A DNA stretch of 64,000 nt from Eledone cirrhosa (taxonomy: Eukaryota). The stretch lies in the NCBI GenBank assembly GCA_964016885.1, contig OZ024746.1, positions 67,394,001 through 67,458,000 of the forward strand. Reading direction: 5' to 3'. Shown one piece after another: positions 59,133 to 64,000 of this stretch. The notes beneath the pieces were generated by a model, which did no database searches, was not told where the DNA came from, and was given only the letters and a program-made list of their open reading frames with translations. The number at the start of each line of letters is the position of its first letter. The stretch's first letter is position 1. The translations under genes and the position numbers were made by a program.

Positions 59133-59183
59133 AGCTTCTACAGGACTAGTACTGTTTCATTCCGATGAAATCTTCAGGAAGCT
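59133..59183 (-). ncRNA. Type I hammerhead ribozyme (H9, left arm)
   Basis: Mirror of 59304-59354. Confidence 0.75.
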
Positions 59184-59303
59184 GGGTGTCATATTAAGTT
59201 CTGGTATTTATACATTTAGGTAGTGGTAAGGTGGTTATCCCAGACTCAACCCCTTCCTTACCACTACCTAAATGTATAAATACCAGAACTTAATATGACA
59301 CCC

Positions 59304-59354
59304 AGCTTCCTGAAGATTTCATCTGAATGAAACAGTACTAGTCCTGTAGAAGCT
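59304..59354 (+). ncRNA. Type I hammerhead ribozyme (H9, right arm)
   Basis: agcttc-CTGAAGA-tttcatctgaat-GAAA-cag tactagtc ctg-TA-gaagct; perfect stems I and III. Confidence 0.78.
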
Positions 59355-59371
59355 CCTTCTATATATATATT

Positions 59372-59413
<42 letters not shown>

Positions 59414-59596
59414 AATATGTACACATATATTGTATATGTAGATTTATATATATTTACCTACATACATTTATATGTATAGGAACGTATTATGTACATATAT
59501 GATCGAATGCAAAAATGGTTAATGCTGGCCATATAATGTTTACCTATTGATATAACCATCTAGTAGGTAAGAAAAATATCAGCATCTTCAGACGAT

Positions 59597-59921
59597 TGAA
59601 GGCGTATGACAGTGGTTAGAGAGTTGGGCTTACAATCTTGAGGTTGTGAGTTCGAATCCCTGACCGAACAATGTGTTGTGTCCTTGAGCAAGACACTTTA
59701 TTTCACGTTGCTCCAGTTTACTTAGCTGTAGAAATGAGTTGCGATGTCACTGGTCTCAGGCTGTATGGGCCTTGGACAACATTAATGATGTGGAGAAGGG
59801 GGACTGGTATACATAGTCGACTGCTGTTCTTCCACCTACAATCTTGCTCCGACTTGCGCCTTGGAAGGGAACTTTCTAGATACAAATCCTACGGTCATAC
59901 GTGACCGAACGGGGTCTTTTC
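59597..59921 (+). mobile_element. CORE-type SINE with long alternative tail
   Basis: GTTCGAATCCC B box; GTGTCCTTGAGCAAGACACTTTATTTCACGTTGCTCC. Confidence 0.8.
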
Positions 59922-60099
59922 CTTTTTCTATTCATGGGATGACTCCAATGCAGGTTCAATCTGGTTAATCCGAAATAGTAGTTGATGAAACTATGTTGTT
60001 TATCAACCTCTTGCTATTTACTGCATTTGGTAGAAACAATGATTATATTATTCAAAACCCATCATAAACTCTGTTAGAAACCAACACCACCACAGACAT

Positions 60100-60430
60100 T
60101 ATATTATCATTACTACTACTACTACTACTACTACTACTATTACTACTACTACTATTACTACTACTACCACTATTACTGCTGCTGCTGCTTCTACTTCTGC
60201 TACTACTAGTACTTCTACTCTAACTACAATGACGACGAAGAGAATATCTACTACTACTACTACTACTAATACTACTACTACTACTACTCCTGCTGCTACT
60301 ACTATTGATACTACTACTGCTGTTACCACTACTACTACTACTTCTACTATAACTACAATGACCACGAAACGAACGACATCTACTACTACTGCTGTTAATA
60401 TTACTACTGCTCCATCTGCTGCTAATATTA
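60100..60430. repeat. (TAC)n/(TGC)n degenerate microsatellite
   Basis: Directly visible. Confidence 0.9.
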
Positions 60431-60619
60431 ATAAATCCTACTAAATGGCTTCATTTGTGCATATATTACAGAGAAAGCTAATAATTTTAGCAATTCAGAA
60501 TCGATAAAAATACATAGAATATCAATAGTTTGTAATAGCTTCTTGTAACTACTTAAATGTTGGTCTAGCTTAACATGTAATATTCTTTCTCCTTCCTATA
60601 ACGTGTTTCATACAGTCAT

Positions 60620-60649
60620 TTCTTCTTCTTTTACTTCTTCTTCTTCTTC

Positions 60650-60680
<31 letters not shown>

Positions 60681-60762
60681 CCATCACCATCATCATCTTC
60701 TTCTTCTTCTTCTTCTTCTTCTTCTTCTTCTTCTTCTTCTTCTTCTTCTTCTTCTTCTTCTT
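60620..60762. repeat. (TTC)n/(CAT)n microsatellite
   Basis: Directly visible. Confidence 0.95.
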
Positions 60763-60809
60763 TCCCCCTGTCTTATAATTTACTTTAGTGTACTAACATA
60801 ATGTTTTTT

Positions 60810-61056
60810 ATCATCTCCAATGCGTCTCGGATCTGTGGTGGTGTCGCTGTATTATTTCAGCAAGGCTTTGATCTCGCGATATGCATCATCTTCCTGGATT
60901 CAGAAGATAAGTTGGTGCTGTTGGACGTGACAAAAACATGCCTTCAGGCTTGTGGCCGTCTATGCCCCTAAATGCATATGCCGATCTGATTTATTGAGGC
61001 ACCTTGTGACCTTTCTAGGAACGTCCAGCTCTTTAGTGTTAGTGGGCGACTGGAAC
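60810..61056 (+). pseudogene. Tx1/L1-like AP endonuclease fragment
   Basis: KLVLLDV...FRLVAVYAP...FLGTS..LVLVGDWN, paralogous to 62344-62919. Confidence 0.75.
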
Positions 61057-61368
61057 GAATATCAAGCCGCTACCTGCAGACTCAGGCATTCAGGACGTAT
61101 CGGAGGGTTCTTGCTCTTCCCAGCAAGCATGCCTTTTGAAGTGTTCCAAAAAGCGGGGCTTGACTAATCTTCTTTAACCATCATTGGAAACTCTTTGAGA
61201 TAGTACCTAGTGCACCTATAACAATAGAGACGACTTTGATTTCATGGCAGTTCCAACTCCTTTTTAACTCCCACTTTAAGTCCTGGTATCGGTTAATTTT
61301 CTCCCTCTCCTTTTCTTGCACTCACGTCTTAAATGGGCAGGCTACATCTACAATCAGGCCCGATCTTT
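61057..61368 (-). pseudogene. R4/Dong-like LINE 3' fragment (restriction-like endonuclease), copy 1
   Basis: IVDVACPF...KEREKINRYQDLKWE...IVIGALGT...ACLLG..RTLRYVL. Confidence 0.75.
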
Positions 61369-61385
61369 TTATTATTATTATTATT

Positions 61386-61822
61386 GTTCTTTGAGTCTCA
61401 GTCATTGATGTTTTTTAACTGGAGAGTTTGTTGAAATGAATATCAACCCACGACCTGCAGCCTCAGATATTCAGGACGTATCGGAGGGTTCTTGCTGTTC
61501 CCAGCAAGCATGCCTTTTGAAGTTTTTCAAAAATCGGGACTGGACTAATTTTCTTTAACCATCCTTGGAAACTCTTTGAGATAGTACCTAGTGCGCCTAT
61601 GACAATCGGGACCACTTTGACTTCATGGCAGTTCCAAATCCTTTTTTACCTCCCATTTTAAGTCCTGGTATCGGTTAATGTTCTCCCTCTCCTTCTCTTG
61701 CACTTTCGTGTCGAATGAGCAGGCTACATCTAAAATCAGGCACGATCTTTTTTCCTTGTCCAAAACTACCAGGTCAGGTCTATTATGTTCCAGTTTCTTG
61801 TCCGTCTGTATCCTAAAATCAA
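61386..61822 (-). pseudogene. R4/Dong-like LINE 3' fragment, copy 2, ending at (TAA)n
   Basis: DFRIQTDKKLEHNRPDLVVLDK...ILDVAC..D...KE.E...YQDL (PD..D RLE motif); TTA repeat at 61369-61385. Confidence 0.8.
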
Positions 61823-61825
61823 CAC

Positions 61826-64000
61826 CACTATCATCATCACCAGAATCCCCCAAACGCAAACAACCTAAGCAGACGCAAAAACAAATATACACACAAACGT
61901 CTGAAACCACAGACACCGCACTCGCAACAAACACAAACACAACCGAAACAACACCACCAAAACCATCACCACCACAGCCACGCAAACAAATAAAATCACA
62001 CCAACAAAACATACAAAACTTCGTGCTCGTCAGGAGGGCCAACAAGGAACTGATGGCCCTCGTAGCACGAAGTGAAAATATACAAAAAGAGAGGGACATT
62101 TTTAAATCGAGCACATTTCGCGTGCCGGAAGATTTGGTTCTGGTGCGAATGTCGATCGATATATTCAAAGAAATACGAGACAGCTTTCCTCGGGACGTGG
62201 GAACCCCAAACGTAAAACCCACTTCAAGACTTTTAAAGGGGTTCCCAAAAGAAACCCACCAAATATGGAGGTCGAACAACCCGACCTTCACAAGAGCCCG
62301 GAAGGTAAGTAAACTTTCGGCTCTCTCTTTTTAACCTGCCAACATGGCCGTAATAAGAGTAGAATGTTTAAATGTTCAAGGCCTGGGATCGTCATCGAAG
62401 CAGGGTCACCTGCTCAACGACCTCAAGTCTATAGAAATGGATGTAATTGCCGTCAGCGAGACCAGCATTTCCAACACGCGCGCACTAGCCCCCATTTTCG
62501 ACGACTATCAGATCTTTGCATCTGTTAGCCGGCCCGGAATGGGAGGCTGGAAGCTGGTGGTCCTAGACGTGAACAATAACGACGGTGGTGCCTTTAGACT
62601 GGTGGCCGTCCATGCTCCTACTGGGTCAGGACGGCCGGACTTCTTTAGACGCCTGGAAGCCTTTCTGGGTACGTCTCACCCTTTAATGTTAGCGGGGGAC
62701 TGGAACGGCATCTTAGACGCACGCGGGGACTGTGTGGGAGTATCCGATAGGAGCAAGTGGTGCAAAAGCCTCAAGAACGTGATCAGCCAGTTCCAACTGT
62801 CTGACAGGTACCGACGAGATTTCCCTAATGCGCCAGTGTGGACCTGGGCTAACCGCATAGGGTCATCTAGATCGTATATAGACAGGATATTCATTAGGAA
62901 AATAGACAGAATAGTGTAAGCTGTCCACGTTTGAAACGGTCGCCTATTTAGATCACAAGTTTGTGATCTGTATGGTCGACCTAGATAAGACGCGTAGGTT
63001 AGGACCTGGTTACTGGAAGCTAAACATGTCATTTCCGGCACGTAAGGCTTACAGGGACCAGGTCAACAATTTAGTTAAGAAAAAGTTGACAGGGGGTGTC
63101 GTCAACAATAGATGGTGGGGGGCTCTCAAAAGAGAGATTAGAGTAATGTCGATAGAGGTTAGCAAAGAAGTAGCATTAGAGAAAAATAGAAAGGAGGGGG
63201 AGTTGATAGATAAGTTAGACGAGGCTATTGGTAGTGGCATTGCAACTGACGTGCTCGCGGCGAGAATGGCATTAGACCATTTCTTCAATGCGAAACACGA
63301 AGGTTGCATTGTCAGAGCTAAGGCGCGTGCTCTGAGAAACGAGGGAACCAAATCTGTTCAATGGGCACGCGTGCCAGAGGCGCAGGGTGGTAATAAAACC
63401 ACGATTCGGTCTTTGACGGACCAAGACGGGCACGAGCTGAACGATTCCAAGAGGATGTGTGAGGCCTTTTGCCAACATTTTGCTCAGTTGTTCAGGTGAA
63501 GTGGCGGGTCAGAGATGGTAGCGGACTTCAGTCCCTACCTCGATGGCTTGCCGCAACTCTCAACAGCTGACGCTGGGCGCTGCGAAAGGCCAATTACTTC
63601 AGCCGAGATTCAGGATGCTCTTGTCGGCTGCATGAGGCACAAGTCACCCGGTTTGGATGGTCTGCCCTACGAGCTTTACGTAAATATGCCAGACTTGTTC
63701 TCCAATCTCCTCGAAGCCCTCTACCGCAACTGGCAGCAAAACGGGAGTATTCCCAGATCTGTGAGCCGGGGCGTAGTGACGGTGATAAGGAAAGACGAGA
63801 ACAAGAGGGACACATTAGACAATTTCAGGCCCATAACTCTGCTCAACACAGAGTTTAAGATTTTGGCCAAGGTGTTAGGGAAGAGGTTGGCACTTGTCGT
63901 CGGGGATTTGGTTGGGGAGGCGCAAACTTGCGCAATCCCAACCAGCTCCATACACGACAACCTCCACCTAACGCGTACATCGCGTCCGTCATCTACTACC
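61826..64000 (+). mobile_element. Tx1/L1-clade LINE (ORF1 remnant + disrupted ORF2), runs off the window
   Basis: Open frame to 62334, followed 9 nt later by the ORF2 ATG at 62344. Confidence 0.9.
62344..64000 (+). pseudogene. LINE ORF2: AP endonuclease + reverse transcriptase N-terminus
   Basis: LNVQGL, SET, GDWN, YIDRIF, DHK, GYWKLN, KSPGLDGLPYELY, FRPITLLNTEFKILAK, SIHDNLHL; frameshift near 62915-62945, TGA at 63497, internal deletion near 62548. Confidence 0.92.

Larger units (their letters stand above)
59044..59363. mobile_element. Family H9 inverted element
   Basis: Arms 59124-59231 and 59256-59363; tail on the left; TA flanks. Confidence 0.85.

Noticed and set aside
61623-62291. 222-aa minus-strand ORF
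   Set aside because: Chance fusion of antisense Tx1 ORF1 sequence with the R4-like RLE fragment.

Overview
This is an AT-rich, gene-free eukaryotic window, most consistent with an octopus or other coleoid cephalopod (inferred from the SINE types and extreme (TA)n load). No host protein-coding gene can be supported, and almost all listed ORFs are microsatellite artefacts. The window holds tRNA-derived SINEs of two superfamily types, decayed LINEs (Tx1/L1-like at the right end, plus R4/Dong-like, Vingi-like and RTE-derived pieces) and Penelope-like element (PLE) remnants (GIY-YIG, RT). The main unexplained structure is a set of about 10 mutually unrelated families of (TA)n-inserted, head-to-head inverted elements, 100 bp to 2.9 kb long. 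Their arms carry outward-facing type I hammerhead ribozyme (HHR) motifs: CUGANGA...GAAA, a palindromic stem III, NUH, and often AATAAA just after. They show a reproducible long-end/short-end asymmetry. One carries a C-terminal GIY-YIG ORF, linking the set to PLE retrotransposition. A related family carries a tRNA-like module instead of an HHR, and another forms ~520-nt permuted tandem monomers reminiscent of retrozymes. All structures were read by eye; nothing was folded, aligned or searched computationally.
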